A program made the translations under genes and the position numbers. A stretch of DNA of 63,345 nt, counting the filler, from Choristocarpus tenellus KU-1152 (Eukaryota > Protista > Phaeophyceae), in assembly GCA_964200185.2 (NCBI GenBank). It is 10 parts of 10 records of this genome, joined end to end, with 100 filler letters (N's around TTAATTAATTAA, not from the genome) between each part and the next. Parts side by side here need not be neighbours in the genome. Positions count along the whole stretch, not along the records: positions 1 to 7,703 come from CAXNAD020005724.1; positions 7,804 to 13,773 come from CAXNAD020009286.1; 8 more parts are not named here. The stretch is one strand, 5' to 3'. The notes under the pieces are model-generated. The model made no database searches. It was given only the letters and a program-made list of their open reading frames with translations, and was not told where the DNA came from. Shown here piece after piece: positions 1-12,206 of this stretch. The number at the start of each line of letters is the position of its first letter. The first letter of the stretch is position 1.

Positions 1-939
1 GGGGGGGGTGGAGGGGGGGGGGGTTGTGGTCTTCCGTGGGGGAGGGGGGGGGGGGGGGGGGGGGGGGGATATTGCACTGTCCAGCCCTAGTCCTATCATA
101 AGATCTATAAATATATAAATTCACTACTATTGGTATGTATTTGATTCCCAGTAGAATTATTTTATTGAGGAACGGTCAGTTGGTCGCATATGACACAATG
201 CGAGATGAACGTGTCAAATATTCCTTGAAGCAATACCAACTCATTTGACTTTATTCATATTTTTTATGTTTACAAAAATGTCAACCAATATGTAAGTATT
301 TGCACATGGATAATTTTTTCAAGACCTCGTTATAATAGGTTTTAGGTTCTATCATATTCTCTCTGGTTTTTTTTTGTGTAGTTGACTTGACTTGACACTT
401 CTAACCTCAACGATACATAATGCATAAAAAACAAAAGGGTTAGGGTTACCGAAAAAAAGAGAATAAAACATAAGAAAAAATGCATACATATAACAGGTAA
501 TACATTTATTTACTGAGTGACAAGTTTCTTATGAAAAAGAAGCTAGGTCTTCTCTTCCTGGTGCACAATGAGCTTGTTGAAGAGTGCAGAATGAGAGAGG
601 AGGTATCGTCTCCCGTGTCCGAATCATGATTATATCATCATCGCCGTCATCATCGCCGTCATCATCACGGTCACTATCGCTGCTCCCCTCTACTACTTAG
701 GTTCAGTTGGCAATACCTTCCACCTCATCCTCCTCCTCCCTATCCTCCTTCTTCTCTTCCACTTCTTCCTCCTAGTTCCCAAGAAATACATTAAAAAAAT
801 GGTGAAATGTGGCAGGCTATATTTTAACTTTATGGATACATACCAATAATAATGAACTAAAGCATACATGGAGGAAGGAAGGTAAAAATAGGACTAAGGG
901 GAAGTCAAATCCCGCCTACGACAAATAGTCTCTGTTACA

Positions 940-1195
940 ACGCAGGTGGCCCTGTCTAGACATGTCATGCATTTTAAGCTGGAGACACTAGGGAAATGGG
1001 CAAGGAGGGGCTTGTAAGATTCTTGGGATCCTTCCCTAGCTCCTCACCCTGAGGTGCAGGAATAAGCTTGGTTGGAGGCACAGGAAGGCAGTGGTACAGC
1101 ATAGCTGGAAGAAAATAGTAAATAGATTATAGAAAATGTTTTTTCATATTTATGACAACTGTTACTTTTTTCGGACTTTTTCTGACATGCGAATA
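940..1195 (+). repeat. Dispersed direct repeat, copy 1 (partner ~4645-4895)
   Basis: ggagacactagggaaatgggcaaggaggggcttgtaagattcttgggat...gaggcacaggaa matches ggagacaccagggagatgggtaaggaggggcttgttagattcatgggat...gaggcacaggaa at ~4687-4776. Boundaries approximate. Confidence 0.75.
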
Positions 1196-1655
1196 GTTTT
1201 CATTGGTTTTTCCCCTGACATCATCTGCAAAATGTCAGAGGGCAAAATAATAATATAAGGTCCATTTATTATATTTCCTATTTTTCATTATTTTTGAAGT
1301 GTTTAATAAGAAGGGCATATAAATATATTGGACTAAGCAGGCCTTGTTAAAATAAAACTTGTTGTCGATAGAATCGGGGCAAAAATCATTTGTGAGAAAA
1401 ACAGGAAGGAGAAAGAAGTATGAAAAATGAATAATCTACAAGGAGACAAATAAAACAAAGGGATTTCATCAACAAAATGTTGAAGAAACGAAAAACAGGT
1501 GGTAACATCAGGAGCAAGCAACGATGTGAAAAGGCTAAAAACTCAGACCTGGTAAAAGAGAATACGGATGAAAAGGAAAAGCAAGAAGGACATAATATAT
1601 ACCTAAAACAGACGCATGCCAAACAAAGGCCATAAAATAAGGTTGTAACATACGT

Positions 1656-1912
1656 GAGCCAAATTATCTTAGAGGGTAGAGCCGAGTCCATTTGGGGCCC
1701 AAAATCCGATGTTTCGATTTTGATGTAATTTTGGCTATCATGTTTGTTGGGAAGTGTCAATATCCATGTTCCGGACACACCTTTTCATAACATATACATT
1801 TTACCTACTCCTAAACATTCTGGAGTTGCAAAATATACTAAAAAAACATGGGAAGCCAAGTCCCAAATGGACAAATAGGGAAAACCTCGTACCCTCTAAG
1901 ATACTTTCACTC
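1656..1912 (+). mobile_element. MITE family A, copy 1 (257 bp)
   Basis: TIRs GAGCCAAATTATCTTAGAGGGTA ... TACCCTCTAAGATACTTTCACTC; subterminal inverted GTCCATTTGGG/CCCAAATGGAC; flanked by ACGT on both sides. Confidence 0.9.
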
Positions 1913-1989
1913 ACGTCTGTCCAAATAATAAAGGCAAATATAATCAAGTACCTACTAGACTAAACTACAAATCAGGTGTATGGTTGTGT

Positions 1990-4400
1990 TGCCCACAAAT
2001 GCACCATTCAAAGTATGAAATTAGATTCAGACCGCAAAAATATTACTCTTGACACTAAGTTTACAAGCACTTTTCGGTGAAGTTTACAAGCACTTCGCCA
2101 ATACCTACATTAGACGCATTTTCCTTTCCAGCCGTTTATGCTTCTCCATTTGGTAACTGCAAACAGTCGTATTCTCCTTACTTGATTCGTCATGTCGACA
2201 CCGTACTTCGCCTTTATTGCAAATCTGTTTGTACAACGGTACATTGGCCACGTAACTGACAATAAAAGGTTTTCTTGTTGTAAGCAAGTGGCTTGACCCC
2301 AACCCTCAATGCTTAAATATGGCTTTGGTTCAAAACTCGAGTTCACCTTTCTATTTCAACATCGTCGGAGCCCAATCGCATTACGTACATACACCAGCCC
2401 CACAAGCATAATATAGGGTTAGGTGAACATTTGTCCACCTCAAGAAAATGTTTACTATGCTACAAACGAGGGTTCGATCACTAAGAACTCCTTGTTGACC
2501 CCGTGTAAATCAAACCAACGTCTATACTTTGCAAGAGTTTCGTTCCACAAGGGTGGTTTTTGACTTTATTTCAACCAAGACTATTCCATAAATTCAACGT
2601 CAATACTCCTCCAAAAAACAGAATCCTGAAACAGGCTTGCCGATTACCCTTTCATAAACTCGACAATAAGCCTCGTTCACCCCCACCATATCCCTGACCC
2701 TAACCCCAACACCAAGCCCACCTACACGCCCTGTATACCAAAATTCCACATGTGTCTATCCAAGACTCGACTCTGTACTACGTTTCAGCGGAACCCTAAT
2801 GACTGGGACCAATCAGTCCATATATCAAATCTAAAGAATAACCCTGAACCGAAACAAACGAAGATAATTTCCCATACTTCCTGAACTCAACATCAAGAAG
2901 CTACAACCACCAACCCTATTTGAATACACTATCCATCCGACACATGAGACCAAATCACCCAAAAACGGGGACAAGGAAAAATGGGCCCTAAATGGACAGC
3001 CACCCCCCCACCCACCCCAGATACTTTGAATGTGCGTCTAACACACAAACGAACAAATAGGTCTTCCCTAATTTCTGCTAATATAATACCCTGTTTCACA
3101 TCCCAATGCATCAACTCCCAATCCTTCTCTGCAATTAGTGCCAAAACAATTCCTAAAGCCTCGGGTAATGGTGTCAGAGCAATTGGAATATTGGTAGTCT
3201 AAGCCCTTACCTCACCATCTCCTCAATTTTGTTTGGGACTTGTACCTGTGAATCCATTTGGTGTCAGTTGCGCTACGTCCATGGGGAAACATATCCTCCA
3301 CCCGACTGGCATCCAACAATAAATCAGATACTGCTTCTTCTGCTCTAGATTGATCCCACAAATCATATTCAGGAGAACTACATACTGTTCTTGTACAGTC
3401 CTAGGTTCTGGAGGGAATTCATCCGCTATCACTATAATAGACTCATTGCTCGCGCATATCACAAGGGTAGTTCAATGGAACAAACGCATCAAACAAACCC
3501 CAATCTCTTGTAGAATAAAACAGCTGACAAAAGTCAGAAGAGTTTGCGCGGCCACCAGGTCTGGTGCGGTGCTGCAGAATGTTGACGTTCAGTGTCCAGT
3601 CGCCAGAGTTCCCTTCTACTTTTTCTTTCAGCATCTTCTGTGCTGATATCCTCTCCTTTCCTGAACTTCTTACATATCCGAGAAAATCTCTCATCACCTT
3701 GTCCCTACATCGAAACAGGAGATATCAACCTCACACTCCTCTTGTACCTCCTATCAGTCCAGGAGATACCATCCTCAATACCCTCCAGGTCTTTGGACTG
3801 AGAACGGACCTGCCTTTCTAGTGCTTCAGGCGGATATGAGTGGGGAAATATACGGATGGTAGTTACCCCTCCTTGACAAAGGAAAAAGGTTAGGGAGGTT
3901 TCAACTGGACAGTGTGTGCTGAGTACATATTACCATCCCACTCAAGTTTAGTGGGAGATCCACCCAATGATACATGTGATAAGGATCGTAGGCAAAGTTG
4001 ACCGTGTAACTCCATCAGACGCACAGGCAGAACAAGGGGAAAGGAGATTAAATATGGAGACTGGCAAAAAGACCGACGGACTCCAGTTTGAATATTTGGA
4101 ACATGCTGACCTACTTTGAACTTTAGGCTAAGCATTCCATACCCTCAACCATAGGCGATATATTGCCATCTACAGCTGTTATCCGGCAGCAACCATCACG
4201 ACAGGGGGTCTAAAATTGTGCATGTGTGATATCGCCTGTAACAGTGGGTCGTCAGTTACATTCTTCAACATCCCCAAATCAAAAACACGATCTATCCCAA
4301 ACATTCCCAACTCGTTTCTGTTGGGTATGGTAGTCGAAGCAGCGGACTTTAATCCCTGACTTCCTCCGTTCATCTCTCTAGGCTATGGCTTTCTCCCCAG
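1990..4400 (-). mobile_element. Highly degenerate Ty1/copia LTR-retrotransposon pol remnant
   Basis: Minus-strand fragments EPRTVQE (cf. EPxTYxEA), GRSATDTKW (cf. GRKxIGxKW), WELMHWDVKQGIILAEIREDLFVRL (cf. WxLxQxDVKxAFLxGxLxEEVYMxLP), LIYGL and KPFIVSYVANV (cf. RPDIAYAV). Many stops and frameshifts; ends approximate. Confidence 0.7.
2925..3032 (+). mobile_element. MITE family B, right-half fragment nested in the copia RT remnant
   Basis: atccatccga...caaatcacccaaaaacg...aaatggacagccacc...ccagatactttgaatg matches the right half of the full copy at 61646-61824. Confidence 0.8.
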
Positions 4401-4644
4401 TAGACCGGCTCACCCTGTCGCGATAATTGGTGTTATGCTCGAAATTTGTATCCTGATACAAGCATATAACAATGTGTGACAGTTTCATGTACATTTGTTT
4501 TTATTATTATACCCTCTAACATTTTCCAGATGTGTCAGGGGAAGAACCAATGAAAACGCATTCAAATGTCTGTACATTAATGTATTATTTTATTTTTTAT
4601 TATGCCCTTTGACATTTCTCAGATATGTAATTTTCGGTACAATA

Positions 4645-4895
4645 CAAACAGGTAGCTCTATCCAGAACGGTCATGCGCTTTAAGGTGGAGACACCAGGGA
4701 GATGGGTAAGGAGGGGCTTGTTAGATTCATGGGATGCCTCCTTAGGTCCTAACTCTGGAGGTTAGAGGCACAGGAATGGAACGGTGTAGCATAAGTGGTA
4801 GTTAAATAGCGAATAGATTGATATTTTTCACATTGTCTGGTGTGTCTGTACAATGTCTGGTGGCCAGTTTAACTTTTTTCTGGTATGTCCGAACA
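4645..4895 (+). repeat. Dispersed direct repeat, copy 2 (partner ~940-1195)
   Basis: See copy 1. Confidence 0.75.
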
Positions 4896-6159
4896 ATGTC
4901 CACGAAGTGTTGCACTGGTCCAACTCCCGAATTCACTTCGCCACTCCATGCGAAAACGAGAAACCTGTACAAAATGCCGAAGGTTAAGTTGTATGTGTAG
5001 AAGATAGTACCCATCTCTCGACTTTCTTGGTTCGAAATCATGAAGAACATATTCGTCATGTATGTACACAATGAGAATGTCAGGAGGCTGCATGGAAACT
5101 ATTTCACACCATTCCAGAACATATTTTTGGTGGGTAGGCGGTCAATTTTGCTACACTTGATATGGACGATGGCTCTCATACACTCGACAGAAAATATGAA
5201 GAGTGATGTTTTGGAGGCATTCTGACCATGTGTACACGTATTCTGGATGCTCAATAACTTTTTTTTTTGCATCAAATAGACTGTGCGGTATCAGTACACT
5301 CCTGTGCGCCCTACAAATAGTACGACCTACCATAAAAACTACTTTTGAGGACCAGAGGGGACTCTCTACTGGCACAGTGCATAGGTTGGCATTTTACTTT
5401 CACACAAGGTTTGAACTATGCCATACTTTCATTTCGAGCAACAAAGCACTCAATTCCATGCACTACAGCCCAAAGAATCGTTCAAAGCACTATGAAGAAC
5501 CACCTGAAAGCTGAACTGGTTGGTGGGGAGAAGGTTGAGGAAAGCTCAATACCGTCACAGTTAACGGATCAAAGTGAGCTTAGATGAGCCCCTTCCCCTA
5601 TTATGCAAGAGGGTAATTTCGAGCCATGCAAAACTCCGATTCGTGCACCATGCCCAAGAATGGTGCAAATCACTGTGAAAATCCATCTAAGAAGTTTTTT
5701 TCGGAGGTGAGGGGAAAGTTGAAGTATCTCTACTGACACAGTTCACAGATCACAAGGTGCTTTAGTGCGATGCCTTTCCTGCGCCAGATCTCCATTTCGA
5801 GCCACACAACACTCAAATATATGCACCACAACCCGAGAACAATACAAATTGACGACGAAACATCACCCCAAATCTTTGTCTGAAGTCGATGTATCATACG
5901 TGCATGGCTCCTTTGATATTGTACTATGCAGATTAGGAGCGTGCACACAAGTTAATTTTGATGAAATACTGACATTGAAATGTCCATTAGGTTGTACTCT
6001 TCGCAAGGAACCAAACAGCGATCAATCCCCACTCTGATTCGCCATGTGGGAAGATATGCATATATTGGGTGTACAGATCTGACTGGTTGGTGGTGGTATA
6101 TGATTGGATGGGCAACCGTATCCATGATGTTGCACTACAAAGGGGAACGCCTCTGTCTT

Positions 6160-6483
6160 GGGGATTCACCACTCTTTTTTTTTCTTTTTGGCGCGCATTT
6201 TCGAAAACCTATCCCTATTCCCAGTGCTAACCCTAACTCAACCCTATCTTGTGTGTGTGAAAAATATCCCCAAACACCCAAAAAAAGGGGTGGATGAGTA
6301 CAACGTGCACCGGGGAACCACTAAAGGATGCACCATTTTTTACTTTTTCACATATCTTTGAAGACCTCACCGAATCCTCCCCCTAACCCTGACCCTAACC
6401 TGTGTGTGAAAAATAGTCCTAAGCTTTGTTTGATTTTGAGAAAAATTGGCAGCGGTGGTTCCAAAAGACAGGGGGGATTCCCC
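6160..6483. mobile_element. Degenerate TIR element (MITE-like) with internal CCCTAA-type motifs
   Basis: Left end GGGGATTCACCACTCTTTTT resembles the reverse complement of the right end (GGGGAATCCCCCCTGTCTTTT); internal direct repeat ccctaa..accct..tgtgtgtgaaaaata occurs twice. Confidence 0.5.
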
Positions 6484-7703
6484 TATGGACTTCAACATGG
6501 GCGGGTTGAGTGTCAATGTTTTTACGTGGTTCCGCGTAGAAAAATGTTCTAAAAGCTGAGTCTATGGTCGATGCTATTTCATCATGACGAGGGCCACCAG
6601 TAGGCCAATTAGAGCTAAGTTCGAACAAGGGCGAGTGCATGGCCGTTTCTACTCAAAATGACAAGGGTCACTGCCCAGGCTTGTACAACCAAGTTTGAAC
6701 ATGGCCCAGTCCACGTCTATCAACTGTCTCAACATAACGGGGCTATGGCTGGACATTGGACATTCCAACTCCAAGGCATGGTGAAAACATTCTGGAATTT
6801 GGGTTGTTCCGCGGTACGTTAATGCGTCACGGCCAATTATCTTCGTAATTACCTATCCACTCTTCCATTCATTTCCATAAAAACACAAATAAACACCCCA
6901 TTGTGGACGCTAGAGAAGATAATGGAGGTACCAGACTCAGCGGGACCACTGACTTCTTTGAAGGGGTTTGAAAATGGGACTCTTCGCCTGAAACCATACC
7001 AACAAGTACAGGCATAGATATCCACAAGTTGGGGGGGGGTTGGGCCTATCCTCTACGAAGCATCGTCCACATGCAGCCTTTGTAGGATCACTGGTGACCA
7101 CTCCCCCCATCCGTTTAAGAAGGCAATAAGGACCTCATGGAGAGTCCTTCTCACAAGCCGTTTGTATGAAACCCACAGTTAGGGCTTTGGGATCGTCCAT
7201 CCACACCCTTCTCTCGACAGGAGTCCCTTCACAAGACTTGGTCGGAATTATTGGCCAAGACTAGGTAATCTGGGGGGACACACAACCCTACACTTGCCCC
7301 CGAGGTCCACACACTAGTACCCCATGATGCCAGGATCACAAGGAGGGCACAACACGAGATTACGCACCTCCTGAATAAGGATTCCGTTCGACTCTTCCCG
7401 AACGCAATTGGCCAACCTACCAGATGATGAAGAACAAGGGAGGGAATGTTCTTCGCTAGCCCTGGGCCATCACCAGAGCCAGTGTGGACAGGGGGAAAAC
7501 GCATAGACCGCCATACAACCCCTGGAACCAGCAAGTCACATCCCTCCAATAGAGCTTAAACTCACTTCCAGTAGATTCCTAGGGAGGAAGGAGGCCCTAT
7601 CTAACAGGTACTCAGTGGCTGGGTGCAGGAGGCATAATGTAGACACTAGACATGCTTGTAAATGCCCTAGGGCAGGGGGACAGGTCTGCCAACCACACCA
7701 AAG

Positions 7704-7803
7704 NNNNNNNNNNNNNNNNNNNNNNNNNNNNNNNNNNNNNNNNNNNNTTAATTAATTAANNNNNNNNNNNNNNNNNNNNNNNNNNNNNNNNNNNNNNNNN
7801 NNN
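7704..7803. other. Artificial contig-joining linker (44 N + TTAATTAATTAA + 44 N)
   Basis: The identical 100-nt cassette recurs nine times in the window; TTAATTAATTAA places stop codons in all six frames. Confidence 0.98.
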
Positions 7804-7928
7804 CTTGCCTGATGGAGCTCTGTTGAGGGTCAGGGCTGATGCTCACCAGATGGCAACAGAGGTCAGGTCTAGGGGGATCAGAGAGGGTGGGGGGTGGGGA
7901 AGGGGAGAAGGAAGTATATTGTGTGTGT

Positions 7929-8003
<75 letters not shown>

Positions 8004-11000
8004 CACGTGTGTGTGTGTTCATGCGTTTATTTGTTTTAATGTGATTGTTTTTGAGTGTGTTCATGTGAGTGCCCTGAACGTCTATTAAAAAGGATAACAT
8101 GGACATATCTCGGGCTGGTGAAGTGAGATTTTTGTGTTGGGTTGAATCTTGCGTCTGTTTGGTGGGAGTGACTCGCTTGGGTACGATATGGTTTTGGTGA
8201 GATTTGCTTCCTGCCCCTTTAGATTGGGTAGAAGGGTTAGAGTGATGAAGAATACTTGATGCTCTCTGTTTGTGCCCCCCCCCTCCCCCCCCCCTCCCCT
8301 CGCCCCTTCCCTCGTCCCTCTCTTTCCTGGGCCTGGCTTTGTAGTCTTTCAGTTCATCAGTCACGAGTCTTTTAAAAAATGCCCTCTGTGTTGCTGTAGC
8401 TGTCTTTGAAGTCAATGGTGTCATTTCTCACCCTTTTTGCTCACAATAGTTGTTGAATTGAATTGAAATGAATTGAATTTTAACTGGCTTGAAGAACTAA
8501 GTGGTACTGTTGTAGAGGTGTCAAATGATGGATAATGCATTTGAGGTGCTGGTTAGGTAATGGTTCTGTTGATTAGACTGAGTCATTAGAAGGCGATGCT
8601 ATGAAATGGTAAGTGATTGAAATAATAGAAAGTAGTAAGATTGAAGGGATGGGGGACGTAGTGTGAATGTATTCATTTTCCACCAGAATCATAGACTGGG
8701 AGTTGCCATGCCATGCCAAGATGATTGGTAATATTTGCAATAGCACTTATCAGGTGTTAAATTTAGGGTGATATCAAGAGTTATTTTTTATTTTCATGCT
8801 GATGATATTAATATCTAGAGCGAAGTCTCATTTCTAAGAGATGAGATAATGGTAGCATTATAAAAAATAGATATTAAAAAATGGACTCATTTTATCAGTG
8901 TATCGCTGCTTTTTGTGAGAGATACATACCCTAATTGTAACCTTTGAACTGAATGTCTTGAATCCTATCAGTGAAATTGTTGTTTCTAGTGTAATATCAA
9001 CAAGTTCTTTTTTACATGGTGTCTCATGTGTCACATAGAGTCCCCTAACCCTAACCCTAACCCTCCATTTTTGTCTATTTTCTTGTGCTTTTAGCTCAAG
9101 CCCTATCAACACTAATATATTGCGTGTTAGAATATGAAATTGATATTAATTTTAACGTGAAATTGCTATTAATTTTAATATTGAATTGATATTAATTTTC
9201 CCATGTGTCTCTCTGACACAATGAGGTACGACCATACTGCTTGAGGGTGTTACTGCATGCAATGAATTAGTGTTAACATTGTTGGACGCTCTGACTAACA
9301 AATAAAAATAGACAAAGGCACGGAGGTTTAGGGTTAAGGTTGGTTGTGGATTCGATGTGACATGTGAGGGACTATACATTGATTACATTGATTACATTAA
9401 TTACATTGATTGATAAATGTTCACCCTCTGACCTCTCTTGCTTGTGTTGTTTTGTATTTTTAAACTACCTTATTGGCTTCTTTTGTTTGTATCGTCCAGG
9501 TGACCCAGGTTCCAGCAGAGGGGGGGACCTTGTTTGAAGTAGTGGAGCAAGAGGGAGACTATGTTAGGATTTTGATGGGGGCGGAGGCGTCTGCATGGAT
9601 GGCGCTCAGCGCGCAGGGCACCCCACTGTTGATGCCTGCCAAGAGAGAGCCGTACACGATGGACCCTATGGTGAGATAACAAATTCAATCTATGGTCTTG
9701 AGTGTATCGGGTGGTGGAACAGTGAGTGTATTATCGACAATATGTGGTACACCCCCTTTGGTGAGACGATGTATCTATCGCTCATGCTTGTTTTTGAGGT
9801 GTATGTACCCCTTCGTCGTGAGATGATTGTTGTTTTGTAGTCATTACGTAATTTGAAGAGTGTTTGTGTTTTATTTGTCAATGTGTATTCGTATATCATG
9901 AATATTGGACCCTTTGTATGAGGTGATGGATGTCTGTAGTGTAGTGCAAGCTTTGGATTATGTGGACCCTGTGGTGGGGTGATAGGTTGATATATATATT
10001 GATATGCATACTCGAAGTTCGTGGACTGTGGTGAGATGATATGCATATTATTTTTTTCTCTTTATGTACATTCCGAAGGACAACCCTTTGGTGAGAGGAC
10101 AAATTTATTGTTTAAAGTATGTATTTGAAGTATATGGACTCTGTGGTGAGATGAAATGATGGGTTTATTTTTATTTGGTATAAATTCTGCGAACATTTAA
10201 AACCTGTGGTGAAACTAATTCTTTTTGTTAATCAACATATATGCTTTGAAACATATTGATCGAACCACTATGGTGAGATGATAGACCTATTCTCAATTAA
10301 AACATTTAAAAACCTGTGTCGAAACTATTACTCTTTGTTAATCAACATATATGCTTTGAAACACATTGATGGAACCACTATGGTGAGGTGATAGACCTAT
10401 TATTCTGAATTAGAACGTAATTTGAATCGTTTGTAAGACTCTTTTGCCTTGTGGAAACATAGGATGGCTGATTAATGTGTGTGGTGTATGATGTGCAACA
10501 TGTCGACTCTCTTGAATGGTGGATCATTCTTGAGGGCTCTGCAAAGCGTATCAATCCCTGAACACTTCAAAGCAAAGGTGTTAGTTTTAATCAAATGCAG
10601 GATTCATATCAGTTTCCCCCCCCCGCTAGTTTATTGCAAGATAACTGTGTTTTTTTTCCCAATATCATTTCTTTTTTATTGTTATTATTCTTACACATTA
10701 TCTTCGGTGTTTTTCTCATCAAAATTATTTTTTTAAAGATTATTATTATTATTATTATTGTTATTATTATTACTATTATTATTATTATTACTATTATTAT
10801 TATTATTACTATTATTGTTATTATTATTGTTATTATTATTGTTATTATTATTATTGTTATTATTATTATTATTATTATTACTTTTTGTTTTTAGCGGTGA
10901 TGGTGGCTTTGTGTGTATGTTGCAATATGTCTCGTTGTTCGAAGGGATGAATTTTATATTTTTTCATTTGTGTATTTTTTTGAACCGAAGGCTTGAAAGC

Positions 11001-12154
11001 CCTCCCTGCCTGTAGTGGGCTTGAGAGGCTCTGGTGGATCTTGGGCATCTTGGGAACTGCATTCTGTTGCGTTGGACGTAGCATTCGTAGTGTGTGTGTA
11101 TGTATTTTTATGTTCATGTTTGTGTATGTATGTGTGCAAGTCTGTGTTTTATGTACAGAGGAAAGCAGTTGTCTTGAAGAGAACAGTATATCATTATAAT
11201 GTATTGCCGTTGTGATAAGGATCTTGTGATAATAACACTGTCGTGATAACACTAATGTGATAATGCTTTATGGTAAAACTATTTTATAGTACTGTTGTGG
11301 CAGCGCTAGTGTTCTAACACTATTGTAAAACCTATTTGATTGAGGCTTTAGTAAAATTAGATGATACATGCATGCATTTTTTTGTGTTTATTGTGTTAGT
11401 TTTGTTGAAAGTTTCCGGGATTCACTTTCAAAAACCATGCATCTACCGTATCTACCATGAAGTATGCTTCTTCTGCCTTAAGGTCTTATGTTCCTATGGT
11501 GTGCGTTTGTGTATGTGTACATAGCTGATTGCCCAGCATGGATCGGCTGTGAAGCTATGTGTCCGATCTGCCCCTCATGGAGAGGGCACGCCACTTGGGG
11601 AGCTTTCAGCAGGACAGGTGGTCAATGCCTTGGGGAAGAAAGGAGACTGGCTACGAGTGATCTATGGCGGGCATAAGGTTAGATTCTATTTTTTTAAAAT
11701 ATTTAATGATCTTTATTTTTAGACTTGTACTGAGACATGTCCACAACCCTAACCCTATCCTTATTGAACCCTAAATGCTGTTATAGTGAGTACATGTGTA
11801 TTTTTTCACCAGTAGATACGGGAATATATATATATATATATATATGGATATTTGTAACGAGAATGCTTGCATTTAGTTGGTTTTGTACGTTTGTCTGGAG
11901 AGGCGTTTTGTTCAGATCGCGGTGACATGGGAGAGTTTGTGAGCAAGGTAACGAGATGGTGTGATTTTGTGGGTATCACATTGGCTGCCTGACTCAACCT
12001 TCAAAATGCTTTTTGACTGAAAAAGGGGGAGTTGTGATGAAGTGTGGTACATCACGACATTAAAAGGTATACCTATAATGCTTTCAAGGGTTTCTTGCAC
12101 AGGTACACCTTATCCTTGACCAAGATCAGATCCTCGTTATTCCCCTGGTTGTGT

Positions 12155-12206
<52 letters not shown>

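Noticed and set aside
600-790. Acidic (E/D-rich) coding-like stretch on the minus strand
   Set aside because: Interrupted by stops and has no splice context; low-complexity or decayed sequence.
1386-1778. Apparent protein family shared by ORFs 1386-1778, 43443-43916 and others (WILTLPNKH...FGPQMDSALPSK)
   Set aside because: Chance translations of non-coding MITE family A copies.
4900-7700. Possible decayed transposase (Cys-rich minus-strand stretch KAACGRC...PTCGYLC near 7000-7090)
   Set aside because: Fragmentary, with many stops and no catalytic motif I can recognise; a tBLASTn/HMM search is needed.
9661-10400. CRISPR array
   Set aside because: Repeats are degenerate and unevenly spaced, lie in a spliceosomal intron, derive from the exon junction, and no cas genes are present.
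10595-11015. Poly-Ile and poly-Leu membrane-like ORFs (also the CVCV, HTHT and RERE ORFs elsewhere)
   Set aside because: Translations of microsatellites.
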